Shown: positions 1 to 8,859, numbered from the stretch's first letter. The stretch: 13,126 bases of DNA from Octopus sinensis (GCF_006345805.1 NW_021826387.1:1-13126), one strand, 5' to 3'. The notes: generated by a model not told the origin, from the sequence alone. A program made the numbers and translations.

Positions 1-194
1 GACCCGTACTGATATTTTAAGTGTCCAATGAAAACATTTTGATTCAGGTGTATTTATTTCAATGCACACTAGGGTTTTTTTTTTTCCTCTCACATTTTGT
101 ACAGTTTACCCAACAGAAATGAATGCGTGGAAAGCAAAATAAGAATTTTGAAAGAAGGGTTTATAAAACTAGTTTTTAAGCATCGAATGACTAT

Positions 195-1075
195 GAGGTA
201 AAATGCAGTGAGCAGAGGCCCCGCTTGCTGAACTTTTGCGATTTCGATAAAGTTCTTGACACCATACGATACACAGCTATGTGAACAGTCCAGAAAGGAT
301 TCGGTTGCTCCGGTCCTTTTTGTGACACTCATCAATCGATCGATTTTTCGATTGCCAACGGCTTAAAGTAGGGATGTATACCTGTCCCAACTTTGTTTTG
401 CATACACCTTGCAGTGATGCTCTATGAAATTCCACCTAACAACATTTGTGTGGGGATTAAATACCACTTCGATAATTGATATTATAATATTCCAGACTTC
501 GGTCACAAATGTTGACCGACAGCACTTGTATCACTGAACTGCAGTACACGGACGACAACGTGAAGAATTTCAGGAATATCAACAAATTCAAAAATGCACG
601 TGCTGGGTTTTTTTTTTTTTTTGGCAATCAGATCCAGAAGACCAAAATACGTGCACAACCTGATCCAAACACAATCCTTCCAGAATTCACCATTAACGTT
701 TCTAACACACCACTGGAACAAATAGACCAGTTTCCTTTTTCCCATATCGCTTTTGGAAAACGCAGCGTGCTTTCGGAAAGTGGAACCTGAAACTACAAAC
801 CAAGCTCACAGTATATCAGGGGTGATGCTTTCCACCTTACTCTATGGTTCTGAATCATAGACTTTGTATTGCCAAGACATTCGAAAAACTGGAACGATTC
901 CATCAAGAAAAAACTGCGATCAATTACGGACATCGAATGGGATGTTTGACATCAAATCTTGCGGTCCTTGAACGGGTCGAAGCCAACAGTATTGAGGCTA
1001 TCGTAATCAAATATAGCTTCAGATGGGCAGTTCATGTCCACCGCACGAAGAGTCCTAGATCGTTATAGAACTGGA
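195..1075 (+). mobile_element. Decayed RTE-clade LINE, reverse transcriptase region (stops, frameshifts, internal deletion)
   Basis: Manual translation from 201: KCSEQ..F.DFDKVLDTI..AM*TV.KGFGC..PF then FSIANGLK*GCIPVPTLFCIHLAVML (RTE-type EKCREQ/DLTKAFDTV/FGCP and NGVKQGCVLAPTLF). ORF 509-790 contains ITELQYTDD (YADD catalytic motif) and TINVSNTPLEQIDQFP. ORF 844-1068 contains LERFHQ..SN.AVLER..SIEAIVIK..FRWAVHVHR, a typical RTE C-terminal segment. Confidence 0.88.
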
Positions 1076-1084
1076 TATCACCTT

Positions 1085-2055
1085 TTGAAGTATAAAAGAG
1101 AAGAAAGTACCAAAAAACCGGGTATGCTGTAAAAGATAGAAAGTTCGAGAAAAAAGGGTAGTTAGATGGCGAATTCTACAGAGAATGTGAAAGATTATGA
1201 ACCATCGTTGGGGTGGCTCCGCGGTGGAGATTTAAAAAGGAAAAATGGAAGGTTTAATGGTAGCTGTTCAAGATGAAGCTCTAAGTACTAATTCAGTTGA
1301 ACAAGGGTATGCATTGTTTTTTGGCATACAATCGACTTAGTATGTAATGTAAACATTCAAATATCGACACTATCTTTCCAAATTCTGTTGCATTTCACAT
1401 GATGTTTTTTGTCTTTAGACGTCTTTTTGGTGTTTAAATTGACTTATGGTTTATGGTTGTAAATTATGGTTTGAAAACTGTGGTTTGTATGCTGGGAAAT
1501 ATGGCGTAGTGCACTGCTCCAAAGAAGAACTCAGTGTGCAAACAGCGATCGGAAAAGCTTCAGTTTACGCTGATTATTTTGTAACAAAAAATATGAATTC
1601 AACACTTCACACAAAATGTACAATCATGTAGCTGAAAAGGATCTAAATAAGCCTGGAAAATAGAAAATTTTACGAGACGTTGGCATCCAGACAGACAGGG
1701 TAATAATTGACCACTTTAGACTAGATATCATTGCAGGAGGCATTAATTTCAAAGAGAATGCCTCATAGTAGATTTTGCAATTTTTCAGACAAAATCATTA
1801 TAGAAAACAAATGAGAAAAGATGACGTAATACGTTGAATCGAAAGTAAAGTTATGAAGAAAGTAGATGGAGCGGAGTTGCTCATCAGCAAAATGGAAGTA
1901 TGAGCTATCACTGGAGCATTAGATACAATCGACTCCCTCCAAAAGACTGGCATAGAACTTGGAACGGCTAATTGTCAAGACGGATATGAAAGGGCTCCAG
2001 AAGTCTTCCCGCCTTTGAACATATCTTATTCTTAGAAAACTACTTCTTGTGGAAG
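1085..2055 (+). mobile_element. Old, heavily decayed 3' part of an R4/Dong-like (RLE-type) non-LTR retrotransposon (copy 1), with an apparent ~165-bp interruption at ~1310-1475
   Basis: Fragments across frames: LDGEFYRE (~1164), WLRGGDLKRK/MEGLMVAVQDEALSTNSV (1214-1300), degenerate knuckle CGLYAGKYGVVHCSK (~1478-1525), KKYEFNTSHKMYNHVAEK..KILRDVGIQTDRVIIDHFRLDII, RECLIVDFAI, GALDTI, LQKSSRL*TYLILRKLL (to ~2047). Collinear with the better copy at 2420-3241. Confidence 0.8.
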
Positions 2056-2071
2056 ACCTTTCATAAGCGCT

Positions 2072-2255
2072 AACAAGCAGAACAGATTGGTTCAAATGTA
2101 AAGAGAGAACACCTACAAAAACCAGCATTGCTTGGATCTACGAGAATTCTTCGCCGGGTTCTTGAAGTAAACAGGTGTCACCCTAGTCTGCTAGCTGTGG
2201 ACAGCTGACACTTTCCATCATAACCAGCAAAATAAACTGAAAGTTTTCATCAAAT
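2072..2255 (+). mobile_element. Short 3' end of a second R4/Dong-like element (copy 2): ORF C-terminus, 3' UTR, then (TAA)n tail
   Basis: Frame from 2074: QAEQIGSNVKREHLQKPALLGSTRILRRVLEV, matching the terminal LQK.ALLGTA.ILRR.L motif of copy 3. Runs into the (AAT)n array at ~2254. Confidence 0.8.
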
Positions 2256-2293
2256 AATAATATTATAATAATATAATAATAATAATAATAATA

Positions 2294-2330
<37 letters not shown>
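2254..2330. repeat. (AAT)n microsatellite (tail/target of R4-like elements)
   Basis: Directly visible, a few interruptions. Confidence 0.97.
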
Positions 2331-2332
<2 letters not shown>

Positions 2333-2419
2333 GAAGAAGAAGAAGAAGACAAGAGAAGAAGAAGAAGAAGAAGAAGAAGAAGAAGAAGAAGAAGAAAAGA
2401 AGAAGAAGAAGAAGAAGAA
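2331..2419. repeat. (GAA)n microsatellite
   Basis: Directly visible; its distal part reads as poly-Glu in frame with the downstream retrotransposon ORF. Confidence 0.97.
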
Positions 2420-3308
2420 AACGCAACAAAAGCTATAAAACAAATGAAATCCAAACTAAAACTAGAACAGCAACAGATCATGATAAAACAATGGCAAGAA
2501 AAGCCTCTTCATGGCAAATACTGGACTAAATTAAATGCAAAAGAAATAGACAAAGAAAAATCCCAGCAATGGTTGAGAAGCTCAAGACTCAAAGCAGAGG
2601 CAGAGGGATCTTTAACTGCAGCACAAGACCAAAGCCTCCCCACCAGAAATTACCAAAAACATGTAATGAAAAGAAATATAACTAGTAACTGCAGAATATG
2701 TGGAGATGGACAAGAAACAATAAATTATATTATCGCTTGCTGTCCAGTTCTGGCTTAGAAGGAATATATTCACAGACACGACAGAGTTGGGACCTACATA
2801 CACTAGAAGCTATGCCAACACTATGGAATAACAACAGAAAAAAGATGGTATAGGCACACACCAGAAAAGGTCGCAGAAAACGAGAAAGCAACCATACTCT
2901 GAGATATGTCAATACACACAGATAGAGAAATTAAGGTCAATAGGCCTGATACAGTTGTCAGAGATCATGAAGAAAAAAAATGTTTTCTAATTCATGTATC
3001 AATACCAGCAGATGACAACGTGTCTCTAAAAGAAATAGAGAAACTTTCAAAATACAAAGACCTGCAAAGAGAGGTAACCAGAATGTGGAATTTAAAAACA
3101 GAAACAATTTCTATGAAAGTAGGTGCATACAAATACATAACAAAAACACCAAGACTTACAAACACATATAACATACAGAAAATTGCACTACTAGGCACTG
3201 CACACATCCTACGCAGAACACTTTCAATACAGTTACCATAAGAGCATCACAACAAACCACAGCACATACCCAAGGCACACAGAGTAGTTTTGAAAATAAA
3301 ACTACTGA
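2420..3308 (+). mobile_element. 5'-truncated R4/Dong-like non-LTR retrotransposon (copy 3): post-RT region, zinc knuckle, restriction-like endonuclease, 3' UTR
   Basis: One frame 2420-3241 broken by three stops (2756, 2804, 2900; the last two sit where Trp is expected). WQEKPLHGKY, WLRSSRLKAEAEGSLTAAQDQSL, CRICGDGQETINYIIACC (C-x2-C-x8-[H>Y]-x4-C), RHDRVG, NRPDTVV..CFLIHVSIP..KEIEKLSKYKDL (PD..D..K-type RLE, second Asp changed to His), IQKIALLGTAHILRRTLS. Followed by 67 nt of UTR and a (TAA)n tail from 3309. Confidence 0.93.
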
Positions 3309-3330
3309 ATAATCATAATAATAATAATAA

Positions 3331-3545
3331 CGGTTTCAAATTTTACCACAAGGGCAGCCATTATGCGGGAGGGGATGAGTCTATTAAATCGATCCCAGCG
3401 TTCAGATGATTCTTAATTTGTCGATCCCGAAAGGTTGAAAGGCGAAGTTGACATAGGCGGCATTTGAACTCAGAGCGTAAAGCCGGGCGAAATGCCGCGA
3501 GGCATTTTGACCGGCGTGCTAACGATTCTGCCAGCTCGCCGCCTT
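3331..3545 (-). mobile_element. tRNA-derived SINE (GGCGGCGAGCTGGCAGAA-headed family)
   Basis: Minus strand starts AAGGCGGCGAGCTGGCAGAATCGTTAG (A-box-like), has GAGTTCAAATGCC (B-box), a central GCCTTTCAACCTTTCGGGATCGACAAATTAAG block, and ends in the shared (TAA)n array. Confidence 0.88.
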
Positions 3546-3600
3546 AAATAACAACATCATCAACAACGGTAATAATAATAATAATAATAATAATATAATC

Positions 3601-3636
<36 letters not shown>

Positions 3637-3641
3637 GAATT

Positions 3642-3696
<55 letters not shown>

Positions 3697-3718
3697 TAAT
3701 AATAATAATAATCGCAAT
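3546..3718. repeat. (AAT)n microsatellite
   Basis: Directly visible. Confidence 0.97.
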
Positions 3719-3904
3719 AACGAGGGATTATAGTAGCTTGTCGAAGTGAGTTGAAAAGTTGAGCAATTAGATTGACTTAAGTTATTGAATTAAAATCCTT
3801 CTGCCATGTTAAAATAGTTTGGTAAAGAGATTTATATGAATATGGGATTTGAGATTTGTGTCAAGGTCAACAGAAAGAAACAGTTTTAAATATTAAATCT
3901 TAAC

Positions 3905-4189
3905 TGTATTAACATATATACACAGCAAGAAATGTCGCAGCCAGTAACAAACGCGCACACACACATATATATAGTATACATACACATACACACACAGAAA
4001 CAAATATGTATATACACTTGTATATACACACACACATATATTCATATATATATATATACACATATATATGTATGTATATATACGTACATACATAAACAAA
4101 TATGACCATACATATATATACACACACACATGTTCATACACATATGTTTGCGCACATATATTCATGCATATGTATATAGAGAGAGACAT

Positions 4190-4226
<37 letters not shown>

Positions 4227-4371
4227 ACATATATATGTATGATATATACGTACATACATAAACAAATATGACCATACATATATATACACACAACATGTTC
4301 ATACACATATGTTTGCGCACATATATCCTGCATATGTATATAGAGAGAGACATAAACACACACACAACACC

Positions 4372-4406
<35 letters not shown>

Positions 4407-4440
4407 CTGACATTCATACATATATACACATATGTATATT
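3905..4440. repeat. Compound (TA)/(CA)/(TACA) microsatellite containing a ~166-bp tandem duplication
   Basis: TACGTACATACATAAACAAATATGACCATAC...GTTCATACACATATGTTTGCGCAC...GAGAGAGACAT occurs from 4081 and again from 4247. Confidence 0.95.
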
Positions 4441-4580
4441 ATTTGAAAATCTGATTACTTATTTACATTCGTTTGTGCCATGTATACATACATATGTATA
4501 TATATATATGTATGTATACATGTATATTGTGTTTCTTGCATGACACAAATGAATGTAAATAACTAATCAGATTTTCAAAT
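4441..4580. repeat. Inverted repeat / hairpin, 42-bp arms with 39/42 complementarity
   Basis: 4441-4482 ATTTGAAAATCTGATTACTTATTTACATTCGTTTGTGCCATG versus 4539-4580 CATGACACAAATGAATGTAAATAACTAATCAGATTTTCAAAT. Confidence 0.95.
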
Positions 4581-4744
4581 GAATCTTTCACATTTACAAG
4601 CGACGCTGGGTGGGTCGGATTTTGGTTGGGAGCCGGTTACATTAGGCTGCTCGCTACATGTAAACTACATCAGTTAAAAGAATCTGGCGTATGTTTTTTT
4701 TTCCCTTAAATGCGCTGAATTTCTGAACCTGGAGTCGCCACCTC

Positions 4745-4889
4745 GTAATCATGTGGATGTGGGTTCGATCTCATTTCGCCACATTTAGATATAAACTTCT
4801 GTATTATAGTCTCGGGCTGAATTTTGTTGCCTGAAATTGAAACCAGGAAACTGGAGCTATGTAGAAGCTCGTCAGCAACAGACGTATAT

Positions 4890-4890
<1 letters not shown>
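4745..4890 (+). mobile_element. Degenerate 5' half of the SINE family seen at 5928-6388
   Basis: GGGTTCGATCTCA B-box, TATTATAGTCTCGGGCTGA (cf. TACTATAGCCTCGGGTCGA at ~6018) and GGAAACTG..AGAAG, followed by a microsatellite as in the fuller copy. Confidence 0.6.
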
Positions 4891-4891
<1 letters not shown>

Positions 4892-4927
<36 letters not shown>

Positions 4928-4932
4928 TGTGC

Positions 4933-4970
<38 letters not shown>

Positions 4971-4976
4971 TGTGTA

Positions 4977-5006
<30 letters not shown>
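4892..5006. repeat. (GT)n microsatellite
   Basis: Directly visible. Confidence 0.97.
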
Positions 5007-5007
<1 letters not shown>

Positions 5008-5114
5008 ATCAGATAAAAGAGGGTGGGAGAAGACGAAGGTAGATTTGGGATGCGGTGAGGGAAAGGACGAGAGGTGGGGAAGAGACGACAGATGTGGGGG
5101 GGGGGAAAGGAAAT

Positions 5115-5250
5115 TGGTTCCAGTTAATTGGCTGTCATTTATCGATCCTTAAAGGTTAACAGGTGAATCGGATTTCAGGTGGTAGAGGACCAGAAAGAAC
5201 ACCAGAACACATTATATGTCCAACGCTGCTACAATTCTGTGAATTCGCCA
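5115..5250 (-). mobile_element. Degenerate copy of the SINE family seen at 3331-3545
   Basis: TTTATCGATCCTTAAAGGTTAACAGG and GCTACAATTCTGTGAATTCGCC resemble TTGTCGATCCCGAAAGGTTGAAAGG and GCTAACGATTCTGCCAGCTCGCC of that copy. Confidence 0.55.
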
Positions 5251-5574
5251 ATTCAAAAAAAAAAAAAAAAAAAGAAGACAAAAGACAAAAAGCTTGAGTA
5301 TTGAATTTTGAGAAAGTTTTAATGGAGGAAACAGTTCAGATCGCCAGCGACTTTCGATGGTTCCAAATGCCTGGGGACCGATTAACACCAACTCAACTCT
5401 TTTTTTGCTTCGTTCCCTGTCTATATTTTCACCTCACATATTCTACCAACAATGTGTAATTGTGAGCATTTGCCTGAGTAGAGATTCTCTATCCACATAG
5501 TAAGCGTACCCCATAGCACATAGTACATTGTAGAGATATTGCGTACACATTAGGAAAAAAAAAAACAGGATCAA

Positions 5575-5802
5575 ATTTCCTCCATGTGCCATAGACTCAT
5601 AAGGCGGGTGTCACAAATTCTGTAGAATTTATATTCTCCCTTTGACACAGGATTACTCATTTTTGCCAGCTGAGTGAACTGGAGCAATGTCAAATAAAGT
5701 GGTTTGCTCAAGAACATACTGCATCGCCCAGCCCAGAAATCGAAACCACAACCTTTACGATAATGAGTACAACACCCTAACCACTACGCTACGCACCTCC
5801 AC
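5575..5802 (-). mobile_element. tRNA-derived SINE (GTGGAGGYGC-headed family)
   Basis: Minus strand GTGGAGGTGCGTAGCGTAGTGGTTAGGG (A-box), GGTTTCGATTTC (B-box), TTCTTGAGCAAACCACTT..GCTCCAGTTCACTCAGCTGG; homologous to 6875-7124. The 3' boundary is approximate. Confidence 0.82.
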
Positions 5803-5927
5803 CATAATAAAAGACGTTTCCATAAACATTACATAGACGTACCCTATACATGTCATATATTAGATGTCCCCTATACGCATTGTTTAATAGACATACACCA
5901 TACATGTTGCGTAGTGGAAGTTATCCA

Positions 5928-6116
5928 TGTGAGTGGCTGTGTGGTAAGTAGCTTGCTTACCAACAACATGGTTCCGGGTTCAGTCTCACTGCGTGGCAAC
6001 TTGGGCCCAGTGTCTTCTACTATAGCCTCGGGTCGACCAAAGCCTTCTGAGTGGATTTGGTGGGCGGAAACTGAAAGAAGTTGGTTGTATATATGTATAT
6101 GTATATATATATATAT

Positions 6117-6178
<62 letters not shown>

Positions 6179-6388
6179 TTGTGTGTCTGTATTTGTCACC
6201 AAAAACATTACTTGACAACCGATGCTGGTGTGTATACGACCCCGTAACTTAGCGGTTCGGCAAAAGAAACCCATAGAATAAGTACTAGGCTTTCAAAGTC
6301 CTGGGGTCGATTTGCTCGACTAAAGGCGGTGCTCCAGCATGGCCGCAGTCAAATTACTGAAACAGGTAAAAGAGTAAAAGAGTAAGAA
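5928..6388 (+). mobile_element. Near full-length SINE with internal (TA)n(TG)n microsatellite (6087-6180)
   Basis: Head GAGTGGCTGTGTGGTAAG, GGGTTCAGTCTCA B-box-like motif, GGCAACTTGGGCCCAGTGTCTT (loosely CORE-like), microsatellite, CTTGACAACCGATGCTGGTG..GCGGTTCGGCAAAA, tail GCTCCAGCATGGCCGCAGTC..(GTAAAAGA)n. Parts recur at 8079-8846 and 10560-10775. Confidence 0.92.
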
Positions 6389-6430
6389 CAGACGTACCCC
6401 ATACACATTATATAGTTGACGTGCTTCATA

Positions 6431-6807
6431 TGGTGTGGAAGCACTCCGTCGGCTACGACGATGAGGGTTCCGGTTAATCCGAATCAACGGAACAGCCTGC
6501 TCGTGAAATTAACGTGTAAGTGGCTGAGCACTCCACAGACACGTGTACCCTTAACGTAGTTCTCGAGGATATTCAGCGTGACACAGAGAGTGACAAGGCC
6601 GGCCCTTTGAAATACAGGTACAACAGAAACAGGAAGAGAAGAGCGAGAGAAAGTTGTGGTGAAAGAGTACAGCAGGGATCACCACCATCCCCTGCCGGAG
6701 CCTCGTGGAGCTTTAGGTGTTTTCGCTCAATAAACACTCACAACGCCCGGTCTGGGAATCGAAACCGCGAGTCCGCTGCCCTAAACACTGGGCCATTGCG
6801 CCTCCGC
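6431..6807 (-). mobile_element. tRNA-derived SINE with a long conserved-looking body; ~15-nt deletion between A and B boxes
   Basis: Minus strand GCGGAGGCGCAATGGCCCAGTGTTTAGGG..GGTTTCGATTCCCAGACC. A-to-B spacing is 16 nt versus 31 nt in the 5802 head. I recognise the body as a common octopus repeat. ORF 6520-6864 is its antisense reading. Confidence 0.85.
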
Positions 6808-6874
6808 AGTACTCCTTACACCTGTTATGCTGACAGAACTGTCATTTTTCAAATCAGCTTCTGAACACTATTGT

Positions 6875-7124
6875 CTCGATTCCTATACCTCATAGAGGCG
6901 GTTACCTGGTTTCTATCGTGTATAAGTGACCTGGGTCACAATAACCCTCCCATGAATGCGACGCCAATCCATTGCAGGGTCACCTGTATACCGCTGAGTG
7001 CACTGGAGCAGGAAGAAATAAAGCGTTTTGCTCAAGTATACAGCGCACCGTCCTTTCCGGGAATCGAAAGCACTATCTCGCTGTCGTGAATGTAAGAACC
7101 TAACCACTAGGTCATGCGCTTTCA
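6875..7124 (-). mobile_element. tRNA-derived SINE related to 5575-5802
   Basis: CTGAGTGCACTGGAGCA..TTTTGCTCAAG..GGGAATCGAAA..CCTAACCACTAGGTCATGCGC parallels the 5670-5800 sequence. Confidence 0.8.
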
Positions 7125-7384
7125 TGAGTGACTCAAAGTTCTATCATGTTACCGAGTCGGGTTTTCTTTCTATTAATTGTTCTGCCGCGAGCTACGACAG
7201 ATCCAAATGGAAGGAAATTCGTGCCAATGCAAAACAAGTGGATATTTTTCTGTGTGAGATGACGTCAGATCAACCTCCTATCAAAGCCAGAAACAGCAGT
7301 AATACCAACTTTCATTCATTCCACCAGTAACAATACAAAACATTAACACGATAGATACAGCAGCTCTCAGTTCCGGTGTCTCAT

Positions 7385-7442
7385 GATGACGCTCCAGCAT
7401 GGCCACAATACCCTGGTCGATTAAGACAGTAAAAGAAAAGAC
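7385..7442 (+). mobile_element. SINE 3' tail fragment
   Basis: GCTCCAGCATGGCCACA..AGTAAAAGAAAAG matches the tail at 6331-6385. Confidence 0.6.
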
Positions 7443-7679
7443 AATTTCTTGAGTGGACGTCATCACTTCTGATATTTCGCGTTGGTTTATTTACCCAAAA
7501 AATTTTTAATGAAGAACAACAAAGAGTCTCACTCGTAATTAATATTCAAGTTGAACTCAATTAACAAATAATATTGCTAATTAACAAATGGTATTGCTAA
7601 TTAGGCGAAATGAAAGTAGAAGTTTAAAGAGGAAAATACCAACAGCCATGAAATGAAAGTGAATATGTTTATAGTGTTA

Positions 7680-7975
7680 TAGCGTCATCATCGTCATCTT
7701 TGTATCACCGTCATCGCCGCCGACATTATTGCCACTATCGCCATCATCATCATCGACATCATCATCGTCGTCATCGTCGCCTTTGCGCCATTATCATCAA
7801 CGTCGCCATTACTCTCCTCCTCCTCATCATCGTCTCCATTATCATCCTCATCATCGTCGACGCCATTATGAACATTGTTATCTTTCTCGCCAGTATCATC
7901 ATTGTCATCGCCTCTTTCATCGCTGTCATCGTCATCAATATTATATTCACCGTCGTCATCATCATCATCATCTTA
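7680..7975. repeat. Degenerate (CAT)/(CGT) trinucleotide repeat
   Basis: Directly visible; source of the His-, Ser- and Ile-rich ORFs. Confidence 0.92.
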
Positions 7976-8078
7976 GTTCAGGTTTGAGCCTACAAGTAGT
8001 TATCACTCCCCATTCTAATACATCCTACCATCTTAAAATGATGAATGACATTGAATAATGGAATTCTAGATAGACTGT

Positions 8079-8192
8079 ATTCTTTTATTCCTTTATTCTC
8101 TTATTCTTTTACTTGTTTCAGTCATTTGAGTGCGGCCACACTGGAATACCGCCTTGAAGGATTTTAGTCTAACAATTCGACCGCAGGACATA
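8079..8192 (-). mobile_element. 3' tail of the 5928-6388 SINE family, inverted
   Basis: TCTTTTACTTGTTTCAGTCATTTGAGTGCGGCCACACTGGAATACCGCCTT is close to the reverse complement of 6323-6372. Confidence 0.88.
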
Positions 8193-8194
<2 letters not shown>

Positions 8195-8223
<29 letters not shown>

Positions 8224-8277
8224 TGTATGTATGTATGTATGTATGTGTGTATGTATGTACGTACGTACGTATGTATG

Positions 8278-8311
<34 letters not shown>

Positions 8312-8404
8312 TGTATGTATGTGTGTGTATGTATGTATGTATGTGTGTATGTATGTATGTATGTATGTATGTATGCATGTATGTGTGTGTGTATGTATGT
8401 ATGT

Positions 8405-8437
<33 letters not shown>

Positions 8438-8454
8438 CAAATAGATAGACAGAC

Positions 8455-8537
<83 letters not shown>
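8195..8537. repeat. (TATG)n followed by (GATA)n tetranucleotide microsatellites
   Basis: Directly visible; switch at ~8406. Confidence 0.97.
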
Positions 8538-8538
<1 letters not shown>

Positions 8539-8540
8539 TT

Positions 8541-8591
8541 ATGTGCGTGTGTGTCTGTATCTTTGTCCCCTTTCACCGCTTGACAACCGGT
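8541..8591 (+). mobile_element. Post-microsatellite segment of the same SINE family, plus orientation
   Basis: GTGTGTCTGTAT..TTTGTCCCC..CGCTTGACAACCGG parallels 6181-6221. Confidence 0.75.
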
Positions 8592-8783
8592 TATTATCGA
8601 ACTCGGAATCGTGAGGTTAGTAGCCCACTACGCCATATGCCCGTGGGCAATTGTGGAGTGAATTTTAGGGCTTATATATTTAATATTCTCCTATCCTTCT
8701 TTTATACCGCTTCCCATATGCTGTTCATATCTGCACTCGGTCTGTTGCTATGTCCTAGCAGTGGTGTTCTCTGTCTATTATTT

Positions 8784-8846
8784 TTATTCTATTGGTCTTT
8801 TTTGCCGAACCGCTAAGTTACGGGGACGTAAACACACCAACATTCG
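8784..8846 (-). mobile_element. Middle segment of the same SINE family, inverted
   Basis: TTATTCTATTGGTCTTTTTTGCCGAACCGCTAAGTTACGGGGACGTAAACACACCAACAT is close to the reverse complement of 6222-6281. Confidence 0.9.
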
Positions 8847-8859
8847 GGGCTTGTAGACA

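Noticed and set aside
2183-2481. Poly-F/S/L/Y/I ORFs
   Set aside because: Antisense reading of the (AAT)n(GAA)n arrays.
3893-4543. Long MYVC/IHTY-type ORFs (also at 5871-6274, 8093-8576, 9480-9707, 11584-13105)
   Set aside because: Translations of TA/CA/TATG microsatellites, which lack stops in several frames; no domain content.
6520-6864. 114-aa ORF with ordinary-looking composition
   Set aside because: Lies almost entirely on the antisense strand of a SINE.
5700-7124. tRNA-like A/B-box sequences (heads at ~5802, ~6807, ~7124; also ~3545)
   Set aside because: No complete cloverleaf; each continues into a SINE body, so these are not tRNA genes.
7561-7603. 20-bp tandem duplication TTAACAAATnnTATTGCTAA (similar 11-bp repeat TATCAACACAG near 11089-11118)
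   Set aside because: Two-copy local slippage products; no array or spacer structure, not CRISPR-like.
7700-8058. His-rich, Ser-rich and Met-rich ORFs
   Set aside because: All come from one degenerate CAT/CGT repeat. No splice or homology support, so a histidine-rich protein cannot be claimed.
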